A stretch of 64,000 nucleotides of DNA from Antedon mediterranea (taxonomy: Eukaryota > Animalia > Echinodermata). The stretch's first letter is position 1; every line of letters begins with the position of its first letter. Below are positions 1 through 12,132 of the stretch, piece after piece. The stretch lies in contig NC_092672.1 of assembly GCF_964355755.1 (NCBI RefSeq), positions 434,001 to 498,000 of the forward strand, in the 5' to 3' direction. Under the pieces are notes generated by a model, which did not search any database, was not told the origin of the DNA, and saw nothing but the letters and a program-made list of their open reading frames with translations. A program made the position numbers and the translations under genes.

Positions 1-654
1 CAAAATAAACTTTTCTATAAATAAATCGTTTAGGTTGGAATTTAAAAGAGTTAATGTCAACAATGATATTTTCAGAATGAACCTGACTATGTTCAAATGT
101 AATTACTTTAAACTAAAAGATACCATTCTAGATTACAATTAACATCTTAGAAAAGTTTTCAACAAAAACAATTAAGGACCTACAACTCTTTATAACTTGC
201 TATAGTGAAGTATCACAAACACAAACCGGTAAAGAAATTTCAAATAACAATTTATTTAAACCACTGGTGGCAGCATCCAAATTCATGAAACTGCAGAATA
301 AACTTTTAAATCTAAACTAAATGGCTTTTATTACAAAAAAACCCCATTTTAGTTTCATTTACTAAAAATAATCTACTAAAATAATATCTTCAAAGAACTT
401 GCACGCAAACTCTACTTTCAATTGAGATAAAAACAATTTAATTTGTAATCTAAAACAAAAATGCGCGATAGAAACCAAGAATAAAACTAGTACTAAAATG
501 TCTACAAAACGCTTGTGTAAACAACATTACTGATTTTAAAACAGTGTGGAAACAAGTGAAACTATCATATGCTTATCATACAATGATTTTTTTAATTTAG
601 GCAAATTTCCAAGGATAACCATAAGTGAATTAATTCACTATCCTTCTTAATTAA

Positions 655-1259
655 AGGCCAGGTGCGGGCAAAAAATTTCTATTGATCATACATTCCAATA
701 ATTATCGATCTATAGTTTCCCCTATGTTTCATAATTTTTGGGATTTTATTTGTGTTACAGGAGCTTGTTGAAAATTAGCACTTTCATATCAGTGGGGGGA
801 TAGTTCAAATTACACAGTCAAATCTCTATTCTTTTGTACACAAATTTTGAAAATAGAAAGGCATTTTAAAAAGCTATGAAAAATAAACGGTGTGGTAAAA
901 AATGGTATCAGATGACTAAATATAGGTAATATAACTTGAATTTTACATTTCTGGTATTTTTTATTCAACTTCAGAATTTTATTTTCATGCTATTTATAGC
1001 AAAAATTATCCACCGTATATCCACCATCTTTTTTCACCTTCTAGGGAGTCACCAGACATTTTATTACATTATGTTAACTACCTACTGTAACTACTGAAAA
1101 AAAGGTCTTCCTGTTTTTTTTGGCAGAATTTTGCCAAATTTTGTATTTGACCATATTAAGGGAAATTCATGGTTTTTCGTCTTGATTTCTGTTAAAACTA
1201 TTTGATTTATGTACAATTAACCAGATATTATATTTAAAATTCATGCCTGTACCTGAGCT
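655..1259. mobile_element. Non-autonomous TIR element with TTAA target duplication (Kolobok-like MITE) in a PRPF19 intron
   Basis: TTAA|AGGCCAGGTGCGGGCA ... TGCCTGTACCTGAGCT|TTAA; imperfect 16-bp TIRs, AG..CT ends. Confidence 0.6.
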
Positions 1260-1555
1260 TTAAAGGTGGCAATCTGTTTACAATACAAACATACACATGG
1301 TGCTCTACATAAACAAAGTCATATTACTATTAGTCTTTGGGATTGTAAATTGTCATTAGAACAAATCCTGACATGACAGGACTTGATTGAACCAAGCACC
1401 CTTTGATTGGTAGCCGGCATCATAACCACCAAGCCACAACTTCACTCCATACTGATGGTTGGCAACATTTACCAGTGGTCAATTTCAAATAGTTTTTTTG
1501 AATGGACAAACAATAATAATAAACAGAACAGGAAAAAACAAATCTACCCACAAAC

Positions 1556-2697
1556 CTTCACGAGCTGCTGTCACTTCCTTCGTAAGTCTAGCAATCACAC
1601 GACAAGCTGCGTCATGTTGATAGAGGGCGTGAGAGAGTTCCTGACGGGCTGTTTGTAGTTGTTGACGTAGGGTGAAGCTGTGTAACATACAAGCATCCCA
1701 TTCATCCTGGAGAAGCTTAAGAATTGCTGGGATACTGGTGGCCGTAGGTGGACGAGGCTTCACTACTGGGCTCACTGTCAATGTAAAAACATGGTTAATA
1801 ATACAGTACATACATTCATGTTGCTGCACATTAAAATTTCTTTTTTTGTTTCAATGTTTTGTTTAATCCTTTGGATTGTATTTTTTTTATTAATGTTAAT
1901 TTTCATAATTGTAGTGTACTGTCATAGTTACAGAAAAAAACAGATTATCATGGTAAACAGGACAGGCTTTATTTTTAAAATGTTGTATAAATATTTTGTT
2001 AGATTATTATTTCTCAACCTTTGACATCAACAAGCATATCTTCAGTGAGCACCTCTCCTGTAATAGGGTCCACTCCATTTTCAGCAATGAATTTTTCGAT
2101 TAATCGTCTTTCAAAAATGTTGTTAGACACCGGTGATACGACAGGGTGTTCAGGAACCTCATGACTTACTGAAATATTAAATCATATCTAAAATAAAATG
2201 ATGATCCAACTATCTACTTAAACGTACATAGAAGCGACATAGGCCTATTTATTATAGTAATAGTATTATATATGATTAATTGATGGTTACCATATTATTA
2301 ATTACCCAAAATCAAAGCTAAATTGAGATGTTTGAAATTTATGTTGGATATTCAGTAGAAGAAACATCAATATTTAATTTATTATATTTAATTTATTTCT
2401 TCTATTTTATTTAGATCAACAGGTCACAAAGAACAAAACACTTTATATTATTGATTTTAGGACCTACTATATGCTAGGTCGGGACGTGTGTGTACAGTGT
2501 TGTACTAAGTAGGAGCCGGTCTAGGCCTACCTGGCCCTCGTCACTAACTTAACTAGGCTAGCCAAAGTTAGTTAGGCCTAGCTAGGCTAGCCTAGCTTAT
2601 CAAAAATAAAATGAGCCACGATTTTATCAGTATATATTTGAATCTAAACATCAATCAAATGAATAACTATGGTCTTACTCGAGCAAATAAGTGCCAT
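1556..2697 (-). CDS. PRPF19: Pre-mRNA processing factor 19, first three coding exons (2697-2679, 2168-2019, 1774-1556); the rest lies left of the visible exons
   Basis: Spliced translation [41 protein letters not shown] (U-box) ... [53 protein letters not shown] (Prp19 coiled coil); GT-AG junctions keep frame. Confidence 0.97.
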
Positions 2698-3227
2698 TTT
2701 CTAATTAAATTGTACCAGGCTTTGACTCGTATCAATTCTCATAAATTGTTGTTTCCTTTTCTGCTAAACGTACGCCACACAGACTGTTTCTTTTCAGCAG
2801 GAGCTCAGCAGCAGCAGCTAGCTAGGCCTAGCTAGCAGTTAGCGTTTTCGCGGTGCTCTCCATGCTTGCCGAGGTTGCCAGAACATTGTACAGATTTGCC
2901 CAATGTAGCCTATAGTCGAAACAAAAATTACCATTAAATTACATTTCAGAATTTAAAGAAAATTGATTTATTAAGTACGCCTAGGCCTACTAGGAGCCTA
3001 CTACTGTTAGCAAATGTTAGCTACAAATTCAAAAATTGGTTGTATTTTATTAGTGAAAATTAAAAATGTGAATAGTAGCCGAAAATTATATCTTGTTATA
3101 CATATTTTAATGGACAACTTATGTGTAGTGTGGATAATGATGGGCTAGGAAAAGAAAGGATCGGCGCGCCGGTCTGGCGCTAACAGATGAGTTATTTGTT
3201 AAGTCATGAGTTTATTACATTCTTTAA

Positions 3228-3527
3228 AGATGTATTGTCCCCCAAAAACATAGAAAATGAAGATTAATTAAATAATACATTGAATGAGTTTTTTTTGTAG
3301 TTTTAATAAAGTTAATCACTTCAGTAGAAAAAAACTGGAAAAAAACAATGACAAAATAAATGGTTAAATTCAACCAAAAACTCATTTGCTGTAAACCAAT
3401 TTGACTATTTTTGGCTTTTAATTACAGTTTTTTTTTGTCATAATGGATAACTCTTGTGACATTAAAATGGCATATACCAAAAACGTTTGAAAAAAATATT
3501 TTTTCAGGGGGCCGGGACAATACATCT
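3228..3527. mobile_element. 300-bp MITE, Kolobok-like
   Basis: TTAA|AGATGTATTGTCCC ... GGGACAATACATCT|TTAA; perfect 14-bp TIR with TTAA TSD. Confidence 0.85.
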
Positions 3528-3692
3528 TTAAATGAGAGAAACCGTCTTTACTCTCATATTATTAATTTATCTTAATGTTTTCATATTGTTTTATTAGTTT
3601 CGTTTAAACCGTCGTATAAACAAAACTGCAGTATTGAAATTTGTTATTTAGAAAAGATTCATCAGCTCCCGTGAGAAGTTTGTGCTATTGTC

Positions 3693-4862
3693 ATGGCGCT
3701 CATACACAACGTTACGCTTTTTATTATCTTATCGAAATTGTTGTTGCCAGGCAGCGGGAACATTTTATTAAACTCTACAGTAAATGACATTTACGCTGGT
3801 GACTCGGTAACGTTGACGTGTTACGTAACGGATCAAACAAATTATGATGTAAAGTTTGCTCAACGAAGAAGCGCTGATTTTTACACAATAAGTACAAACG
3901 AAGAAGTTGAAATTTCTTTATTTACAGTAAAATGTAATTTCAACACTAACACACATACGTTGATAATCAATGGAGCGACATCTCATCACACTGGTACATA
4001 CAGATGTGGCGTATGTAGTAATGGATGTGCTTGGAGTAATAATGTTGATGTTAATGTTTACTCACGACCGAAAATTCCTGAATGTTACATTGATTCTGAG
4101 TATGTAATGGAAGATACTCATGTTATATTTACCTGTGAGGCTTACCGTGTCCCAACTCCTACAAGTATTAAAGCTTGGACAATTCTGGACAATAAACGTA
4201 ACGAACTTGGTCCAACACTGATGGGGGAGAAGATCTTTACTTATCCAATCGACTTGAATCACACAGCAAACGGAATTTCATTTGCATGTGAAGTTAAGTA
4301 TGAACTTCCAGTTTTTACATCGAAAAACTGCACCACTTTACCATTAAATATCATGTTTGCACCGAAAATACTTTTTTCCAAGTTTCATGTAATTTCATCT
4401 GCCGGGTTAGTGACAGTTAATATTTCAGCGAATCCTGAAGCATCTGCAGTGTACTGGCGACGGTATGATGAACATAGAGAGGCTTATTTGCTTTCAAATC
4501 AAACTTTCGCCGTCGTAAACTTATGTAAGCCGTCTACTGGCATTCGGTATATTTGTGTCATTGACGACGACATAAAAAATGGATCAATTATTGAAATAAT
4601 AGCGGAAAATTCGATTGGCAATGCATCTTTATTTACAGCTTTTATAGATACCGGTAACTCAGTTAGGCCAACAAACATGAGTACAGTTTTTAAAACAGTT
4701 AAGCTTAAGCCTGCTAATATCACATTGTTATCAACTGACCGTCGTAAATTAGATTTTACACTTTTGCCAATAATATTAGCACGTGGTGGTGTACTGGTTC
4801 TTTTTTTATATGTTCTGTTTATCATGTGCCTCAAAAAGTTTATATTTTACGTGAGTAATTAA
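3693..4862 (+). CDS. Single-exon IgSF type I membrane protein A1 (signal peptide, V-like + C-like + degenerate third Ig domain, TM containing Arg, about 9-aa tail)
   Basis: Hydrophobic N-terminus, VTLTC...HTGTYRC, FTC...FAC, ISANP...AENSIG, TM LLPIILARGGVLVLFLYVLFIMCL. Confidence 0.85.
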   Translation: MALIHNVTLFIILSKLLLPGSGNILLNSTVNDIYAGDSVTLTCYVTDQTNYDVKFAQRRSADFYTISTNEEVEISLFTVKCNFNTNTHTLIINGATSHHTGTYRCGVCSNGCAWSNNVDVNVYSRPKIPECYIDSEYVMEDTHVIFTCEAYRVPTPTSIKAWTILDNKRNELGPTLMGEKIFTYPIDLNHTANGISFACEVKYELPVFTSKNCTTLPLNIMFAPKILFSKFHVISSAGLVTVNISANPEASAVYWRRYDEHREAYLLSNQTFAVVNLCKPSTGIRYICVIDDDIKNGSIIEIIAENSIGNASLFTAFIDTGNSVRPTNMSTVFKTVKLKPANITLLSTDRRKLDFTLLPIILARGGVLVLFLYVLFIMCLKKFIFYVSN

Positions 4863-5189
4863 GTGCATTGCCAAATTTATTTACCAGAAAACATAGCAAT
4901 CTGAGATACCGTAAATTATAAACAAGATATTTTATTTACTTTATTATTCCATAATTAACACAAATGGAACATGATTAGGATGTATATTATGAACAGAGGT
5001 ACTACTTCTTAAGTATGTCCGAAACCGGACCTGAAGTATGTCTTAATATGATAAATTAAATTAGGCCTACTGTATAACAGAGGCAAGTTACGTTGTAATG
5101 AAATTGAATATGAATTAAGTAACGGCCTATTAGAAATCTTTCGTTCGTTATATGAAATAATAGACTGTCGTGAAATCTGTAAGCTCAAA

Positions 5190-5263
5190 TACGCAATGTT
5201 GGGTCGCGAGAATTCCCAAAATAGGATCATGGGGTCGTGGTCAAAAAAGGTTGCGGAACGCTG
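5190..5263. mobile_element. hAT-like transposon terminal fragment (second copy about 18685-18748)
   Basis: GGGGTCGYGGTCAAAAAAGGTTGCGGAACGCTG followed by an NNNTANNN site, resembling Buster/Charlie hAT termini. Confidence 0.45.
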
Positions 5264-5501
5264 CTCTAAGCTAATGGCATTATGAATAATTCATGAGAAA
5301 AAAAATCGATTGCTATATTTTCCGATAAGATAAATAAGAATGACAATAAAATTGACTGAGCGATTGTAATGTATACCAATCATCCATTACATCACCTTTG
5401 TCCTGTAAAATCGTCGACTCAATCAGAACCAAATGTTTGAATATCATTAACAGCTAGCAACAAGTATAGCTTCTTACATAAAGATTAAGCACAAATTTGT
5501 T

Positions 5502-6641
5502 ATGTTTTGCATATTTGTATACCTTATATTGTGCTTGAAGGTGCTGTTTGCGAACGGTGTACCGTCAATGCTCCAAACTGAACCACAAATAGAAATATTA
5601 CAAGCATATGTTGGACAAAAAAACGTGAAGCTGGATTGTATACGTTCCAATCCGACTAACAAGCTATCTTGGTACTTGGTGGACAAAGAATCTGAATCTC
5701 TACTGACGACAGACACATGGGTTAAATACCCACGTGAGTATGATGTTGAATACACTACTGGTCAAAACGTGAGTAATTATCACCTAGTTATCAAAGACAT
5801 GAAAATGTTATTTGAAGGATTGTATTTATGCGAAGCTACATTGTATAACAATGAAATTATATCTATGGGATTAACAAGACTGATCGTATATGAATTACCT
5901 TCTGAACCAAAGGTTGCATGCAGTGTCGTAGAAACTGATATCATGGAAGGGACGACATCTATAGTTCAGTGCAATGCATCTATTGGTAGTATTCCAGCGG
6001 AATGTGAAATATCGATTATTTATAGCCATTCCCCCGATCCCGTTTTCACCAACTCTACCATGGATGAATGTGGGTTTAATTGCGTCACAGTTAAAGTTTA
6101 CATAACGCGTAGCATGGATTCATTCCAATGTGTTGTCTTACACGATCTTCTACCAAACGATATAATAAGTTACACGCCGCATCTTAATGTAAGTTACTGG
6201 CCAACATTCCAGAATATTCCTGAGACGGTAGAGTATGACACAAAAGCCGATTTGAATATCCCAATTACCGTGGATTCTAATCCTAAAGCGCATGTTTATG
6301 TGGAGTTTTGGAAAAAGTTGTTAGCTAATACACCTTCCAGCAACATTATTAGACAATTAAGTGAAATAACTGAAAACAGCTTTGTTCTTTCAATCAAAGG
6401 ATCAGAAATAGGTGAAACTACATACTTTAAAATCAAAGCGATTAACAGTATTGGATATGATACGCACATCATCAAGCTCTATAAAAAAGAGTGTTGTTCA
6501 AAAGAAAGTGATAAGTATGATAAAAGGTACTGGTGGTTACTAGTTCTAGCTATAGGCCTACCTGTGGGGCTAATAACAATATGGTGGATAAAACGGCGCA
6601 ATCGTCGTGTAAATCAGAATCCTCAAAATATACCCACTTGA
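5502..6641 (+). CDS. Single-exon IgSF membrane protein B1 (3 Ig-like domains, TM, short basic tail)
   Basis: LDC..LSWY..NYHLVIK..EGLYLC V domain; VQC..CGFNC..FQC; DSNP..AINSIG; TM WWLLVLAIGLPVGLITIWWI then KRRNRR. Confidence 0.88.
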   Translation: MFCIFVYLILCLKVLFANGVPSMLQTEPQIEILQAYVGQKNVKLDCIRSNPTNKLSWYLVDKESESLLTTDTWVKYPREYDVEYTTGQNVSNYHLVIKDMKMLFEGLYLCEATLYNNEIISMGLTRLIVYELPSEPKVACSVVETDIMEGTTSIVQCNASIGSIPAECEISIIYSHSPDPVFTNSTMDECGFNCVTVKVYITRSMDSFQCVVLHDLLPNDIISYTPHLNVSYWPTFQNIPETVEYDTKADLNIPITVDSNPKAHVYVEFWKKLLANTPSSNIIRQLSEITENSFVLSIKGSEIGETTYFKIKAINSIGYDTHIIKLYKKECCSKESDKYDKRYWWLLVLAIGLPVGLITIWWIKRRNRRVNQNPQNIPT

Positions 6642-6959
6642 ATGATATACCATCTTTTATTTTTATTCTGCTACTTTATATGTTATTATTTATTACATTT
6701 TTTTGATATAGTTACCGGTATATATACTTTTCTATTTTTAAACTATGTTTGATCGTTATCATTTAAACTGCTGTTTTAATATTGTAAATGAAAGCCTCAA
6801 TTCAGCCATTGGCTGTTGCTATGGCCTCTTTTCATATTCGGATTGATCATGTAATATATCGAAATAAAAGTACTATAAATTAGACACAAGCACACCTGAG
6901 TAGATAATTGTCATTTAAATGGAGGATTGTTGGTAACATGATATTCAATAACTACCATT

Positions 6960-7635
6960 ATTCAAGAACGAACATTCCTGAATGTTACATTGATTCACAG
7001 TATAATGCAATTTATGATACTCAGGTTATATTTACCTTATCGTGTCCCAACTTCATGTGAACAAGTATCAGAGCTTGGACAATTCTGGACAATAATAATA
7101 ACGAATTTGGTCCAACACTGATAATGAACGTCGAAACATCGACAACCTGTACCACTTTGCCATTAAACATTACATTTGCACCGAAACTATTTTTTTTCTA
7201 AGTTTCAAGTAATTTCACCCATAACAGTTGATATCTCAGCGAATCTCGAAGCATCTGTGTATTGGCTAATTTTTGAAAACAGTAATGTAAGGCTCTACTC
7301 CAAACCAAACATTCATCTTCGTGAACTTATGTAAGATGTCTTATATACTGGCATTCGGTAAATATTGCATCACTGACGACATAAAAAATACTGGATCAAC
7401 AAAGTTGAAATAATAGCAGAGAACACTATTGACAATTCGTCATATACATTGATTTACAGTTTTAGACACCGGTAACGGATACTCGCTTACAACAATGAGC
7501 AGGAGGAGCGTTTATCGTTCAAAGAGTATCACATTGTTTGACAGTAGGCCTATAAATGAAATTATACCCATTTGCCAATAATAATTGCACCCTGGATTTC
7601 TGATTCGTTTCTGTGTTTTCTGTTTGTTCATTCTT
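6960..7635 (+). pseudogene. Degenerate partial copy of gene A (second Ig domain to TM)
   Basis: Matches A1 DNA (ttcctgaatgttacattgatt, gcttggacaattctggacaat, tttgcaccgaaa, gacaccggtaac, ttgccaataata) with deletions and stops. Confidence 0.8.
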
Positions 7636-8170
7636 CATGTAAATGACAATTAATGCCATAATGATTCAATTCAGTTGTACATTGTCATAGCAAAAATATT
7701 TCACCTATCATAAAACAATATGCAAGAACTAACATGATCAGCTTTCCAACGATATCAAAATCTTAGCCCCATTTTAGATATCAGATAAGAAAGATAAAAT
7801 TTATAGAATTTCGACAATATTATGATCGGCAGTCTGTCTGAGGGAGAGAGAATTATAATATTAATAATTTGTTCACTTGTAATAATATTATCATTCTGCT
7901 CTATACCCCATATTGTGTGATTGCTATGCATAAAATGGCACCCAATTATCCGTGTTATAACATTGTATTGACAATTCAAATTCATTTCAATTCTAACAAA
8001 AGCCTAAACGAAACGTAAACTAGGCCAGTGTGTGAAAAATGTAAACAGGATTGTTGCAATTCCAAACAACAAGAAGCTCCTGCACCATAGTAATTGTAAC
8101 TAAGGAGTGTATAAGGCTTTATCTGAAATTATTCAGTGCATTTCTGGTATACTGATAACACAAGTTTGTA

Positions 8171-9317
8171 ATGTCTTTCATTTTCTCATTACACCTCATT
8201 TTGTGTTTTTGTTTGCTGTGTACACCGGGTTTATCATGGCCATTACCTCAACAATTTGAAGAACATCAAGAACTAAAGTTAGTCACTGCAGGTGACACGA
8301 ACGTGACACTGGATTGCATAGTTCCCTATCATGAGAAGACGTTAAGTTGGTATATGTGGAATAAAGAATCTGAAGATCAATTGACACATGACAGTTGGAT
8401 TAAACACGAAAGTTTGTATGGTGTTAAATACGGCAATTTCAGTAGAAATAACGAGACTTATGAAAATTATCAACTGATCATTAAAAACATGGACGTGCTA
8501 AATGAATGGTATCTATGCGAAGCTACCAGATCTTGTGACAATGAGGTGATATCTGTAATAAGATTGTACGTAATATTACCGAAAGTTGCATGCAGTATTG
8601 CAGAAACTGATGTCATAGAAGGAAAAATATATATTGTTCAGTGTAATGTACCTTTTGATATCAATCTAGTAAAATGTGAAATATCAATTGTTTATAGAAA
8701 TTCATCTAATTCAGTTACTAATTCTACAATGGATCAATGCGGATTCAATTGCGTCACAGTGGAAGTGAACATAACTCGCAATATGGATTCATTTCAGTGT
8801 TGCCCAAAGTGATCTTCTACTAAATGAGATAAACAATTACACGAGAAGTCTTAACGTAAGTTACCCGCCAACATTCTTAAATATGTCAAAGATTTTAACG
8901 TATGACACAGAGACCGTTTTGAAGATACCGATTAACCTAGATTCTAACCCTCAATCGGAGGTATATTGGGAGTTGTGGAATCATGACTTGTCGGTAGATA
9001 ATATAAACTTCTATAACAAATTAAGTGCAACATCTGAAAACAGTTATATGCTTTCAATCAAAGGATCAGACATTGGTAGTGCCACATACATTGTATTCAA
9101 GGCAAACAACAATATTGGAAATGTTATGCACAGCATTAAACTCAATAAAACGGAAGGGTTGAAGGAAAACGACAAACAGGAGAAACAGTACTTGTGGCTA
9201 TTACTATTGATAATAATAATAATACCTATAGTACTAGTGTTAAGGATGATACATAACCGAGGTACTAGAGTTGTGCAACATCAAACCATACCCATAAATG
9301 ATGATCGTGACATATAA
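8171..9317 (+). pseudogene. IgSF gene C1, split by a 2-nt deletion near 8800 (ORFs 8171-8812 and 8883-9317)
   Basis: cagtgttgccc here versus cagtgtgttgccc in intact paralog C2 (about 26815); otherwise collinear with C2. Confidence 0.85.
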
Positions 9318-9321
9318 TGTA

Positions 9322-9465
9322 TAGATAATTAACTCTTCAGATACTCTCTCACTGTATACCCAACACGGGAGTGCCCCACCGGAGGTGCTGACTATAGATA
9401 ATCAACTCTTCAGATACTCTCCCACCGTAAACCCAACACGGGAGTGCCCCACCGGAGGTGCTGAC
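9322..9465 (+). repeat. 73-bp tandem duplication just after the C1 stop codon
   Basis: Two copies of tagataat.aactcttcagatactct...cccaacacgggagtgccccaccggaggtgctgac starting at 9322 and 9395. Confidence 0.85.
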
Positions 9466-10896
9466 CGGTCGTGGGCGAACAATGTTTTTACTTTTTTGTA
9501 CATACTTTCTACAGCTCACTATGTCGGTCGGTTGTTGGGTTGGTCGGTAAACACTAAATTGAGCACTTGTTGTTATCGTGTTACCGTACCGTACATTTAA
9601 ATGCATTTAAATAATGGTTACCAAACTGACAAGCACTAGCTTCTTTTGGTATACTATTAAATATTGTAAATGTAATTGTGAATAAATGTATACTGTAGTT
9701 AGGTTTGCGTCTGGATGGTCCATAGTTCACTGCGGATGATTGTAGAAGAGTAACTTGAAACAGAGGTCAATTCAGTTGGAGTTTGGAAGCTTTATAAATA
9801 GAGATACGGTTCCATTTTAATGAAATACAATGTTGGGTTATGTCGAACGTATTTTTTATTTTTTCAATGTCTCGAAACTATTTCTATATGTTTAACATTT
9901 TCCCGGGAAGAGCTGAATTGTCACTTAAAAGCAAAAATGTAAAAAAAAAATAAATTGAAATATTTATAATAATAATAATAGAATTAGGTTTTACGGTATC
10001 AACTATTAATATTATATATTAACATAATTATTCTGTATACAACCTTAATTTCATTAAGCACTACTATATTAAGTACAGTAGGGCCTACAGTAGACTCATT
10101 ACAGCTTTACAAAACTGTTGAAATATCTGACAATGCACCAAGGTTCCTGGCATATCAAAATAATGATTTTGAAAGCAGGACCGGTGGCTGTCAGCAAATG
10201 ATTTTAAGACATGAAAACCCATAATTCTTCCTATTTCAAAAAAAGAACCGATCAAGTCTTTACTCTCATATTTGACATTACTTTATCTCAATTTATTTGT
10301 TTCCATGTACAATTTATATTTTTACGTGAGTAATTAAGTGAATTGCCACATTTATAGAAAACATAACCGTTTTTAGATATCGTAAATTATAAATAAGATA
10401 CAGTTACTATTATTTATACTTCGTTTTAAAATAGTATGATTACTTGTAGTAAAACAGTATACAGTATATATAAGTATGTATATAAATTCAAAATAATATA
10501 TTTACTTTCTAAGATTAACTTTAACAAATTTTTTTTTGAACATTTTAAAATGCGTCTTTTGTAGAGTTAAATTTAAATAAACAAGAGTTATTTTAATTTA
10601 AAATATGTAGGCCTAAAGAATGCATTAGAAACATGTAGTAGTGTAGGCTTAATATTGTTTGATTAAGAAATAGAAGAGAGTATAGACGTAAGATTATTAA
10701 GTTATATATCATTTTTATATTATCATTATTCAGGTATATTGCCAGGAATGTTTTATTTGTTTACTGGCACAAAGGTATATTATGCCATGCATGATTGGAC
10801 ATGGGTTTATGAATAGCAATGAACAATAAGGAAGTCCATTAAACATGAATATTATGGACTGGGTAGAAAACAGCTGTTAACTGTCTGACATTTGCC

Positions 10897-12132
10897 ATGT
10901 TTCATATTTTCTCTTACCTTATTTTGTGTTTGTTGTCTATAAAGGACGTTTTAACGAAGGTGCACGATAATGAACCACCAATAAATATATTACAAGCATA
11001 TATTGGACAACAGAACGTAGAGTTGGATTGTATAGTTACCAATCAGGTAAACAGGTTATATTGGTACTTGTCGGTGAACGAAAATTCCGAATCTATCTTA
11101 ACAACAGACGAATGGATTAAATACCCAGGTGTGTATAATGTTGAACACATTATTAGTTTAAACGAGAGTAATTATCGCCTGATTATTAAAAACGTGAATA
11201 TCTTAGATGAAGGATTGTATCGATGCGAAACTACTGTTGCCAGATCTGACGATGAAATAACTATAGTTCTAAACCTAACAAGATTAGTCGTATTTGAAAT
11301 ACCTTCTGAACCAAAAGTTACATGTCGTATTATAGAAACTGATGTCATAGAAGGTAAGATATCGACAGTTCAGATCAAAGCATCAATTGGTACTATTCCA
11401 GCGAAATTTGAAATAAAGGCTATTTACAGCAATAAATCAGCTGACTCTATCGTCGGTAGGCATGTCAACTCTACAACATTTAATAAATGTGAGTTTAATT
11501 GCGTCACAGTGAAAGTAAACATAACGCGTAGCATGGATTCATTTATGTGTGTTGTCTTACATGATCTTCTGCCAAGCGTGATAACCAATTACACGTCGCG
11601 TCTGAATGTACATTACCAGCCAAAATTCGACAATATGCCTGAGATTTTAGGATACGATACAGAAGCCGATTTGAAGATACCAATTAACGTAGATTCTAAT
11701 CCAAAAGCACGGATTGAATTAAAGTTGTGGAATGAGCATGAATTGGTAGATGATACAACCTATCTAAGAAAATTAAATACAACGTATGAAAACAATTCTG
11801 TGCTTTCAATCAAAGGATCAGAAATTAGTAATGCCACACACATTGAAATCAAAGCGATTAACAATATTGGATATGATACACACATCATTCTACTCTATAA
11901 ACAAAACATTTCAAAGGAAAACAACAAACAGAAGAATGAGCATTTGGGGCATTTGATCGTTTTTGTAGTCAATATAGTGTTAGGTCTAATAGTGTTATGC
12001 ATAATTAATTTGTACCAGAGAAGTTTGAACCTTCAATCAGTTTTGGGGCCAGAGCTTTCCTCGACGATGGGTTCACAAAAGAAAAAAAGGAAAAAGAAAA
12101 GGAAAAGGAAAACAAGGAACAAATTATTATAA
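10897..12132 (+). CDS. Single-exon IgSF membrane protein D (B-clade) with polybasic C-terminus
   Basis: LDC..LYWY..NYRLIIK..DEGLYRC; TM LIVFVVNIVLGLIVLCIINL; tail KKKRKKKRKRKTRNKLL. Confidence 0.87.
   Translation: MFHIFSYLILCLLSIKDVLTKVHDNEPPINILQAYIGQQNVELDCIVTNQVNRLYWYLSVNENSESILTTDEWIKYPGVYNVEHIISLNESNYRLIIKNVNILDEGLYRCETTVARSDDEITIVLNLTRLVVFEIPSEPKVTCRIIETDVIEGKISTVQIKASIGTIPAKFEIKAIYSNKSADSIVGRHVNSTTFNKCEFNCVTVKVNITRSMDSFMCVVLHDLLPSVITNYTSRLNVHYQPKFDNMPEILGYDTEADLKIPINVDSNPKARIELKLWNEHELVDDTTYLRKLNTTYENNSVLSIKGSEISNATHIEIKAINNIGYDTHIILLYKQNISKENNKQKNEHLGHLIVFVVNIVLGLIVLCIINLYQRSLNLQSVLGPELSSTMGSQKKKRKKKRKRKTRNKLL

Noticed and set aside
1407-2835. Short plus-strand ORFs over PRPF19, and antisense ORFs over the Ig genes
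   Set aside because: No motifs; shadows of real genes or AT-rich noise
9322-9465. 73-bp duplication as a lost Tyr-repeat tail of C1
   Set aside because: Unit length is not a multiple of 3, it lies after a stop shared with C2, and it contains stops
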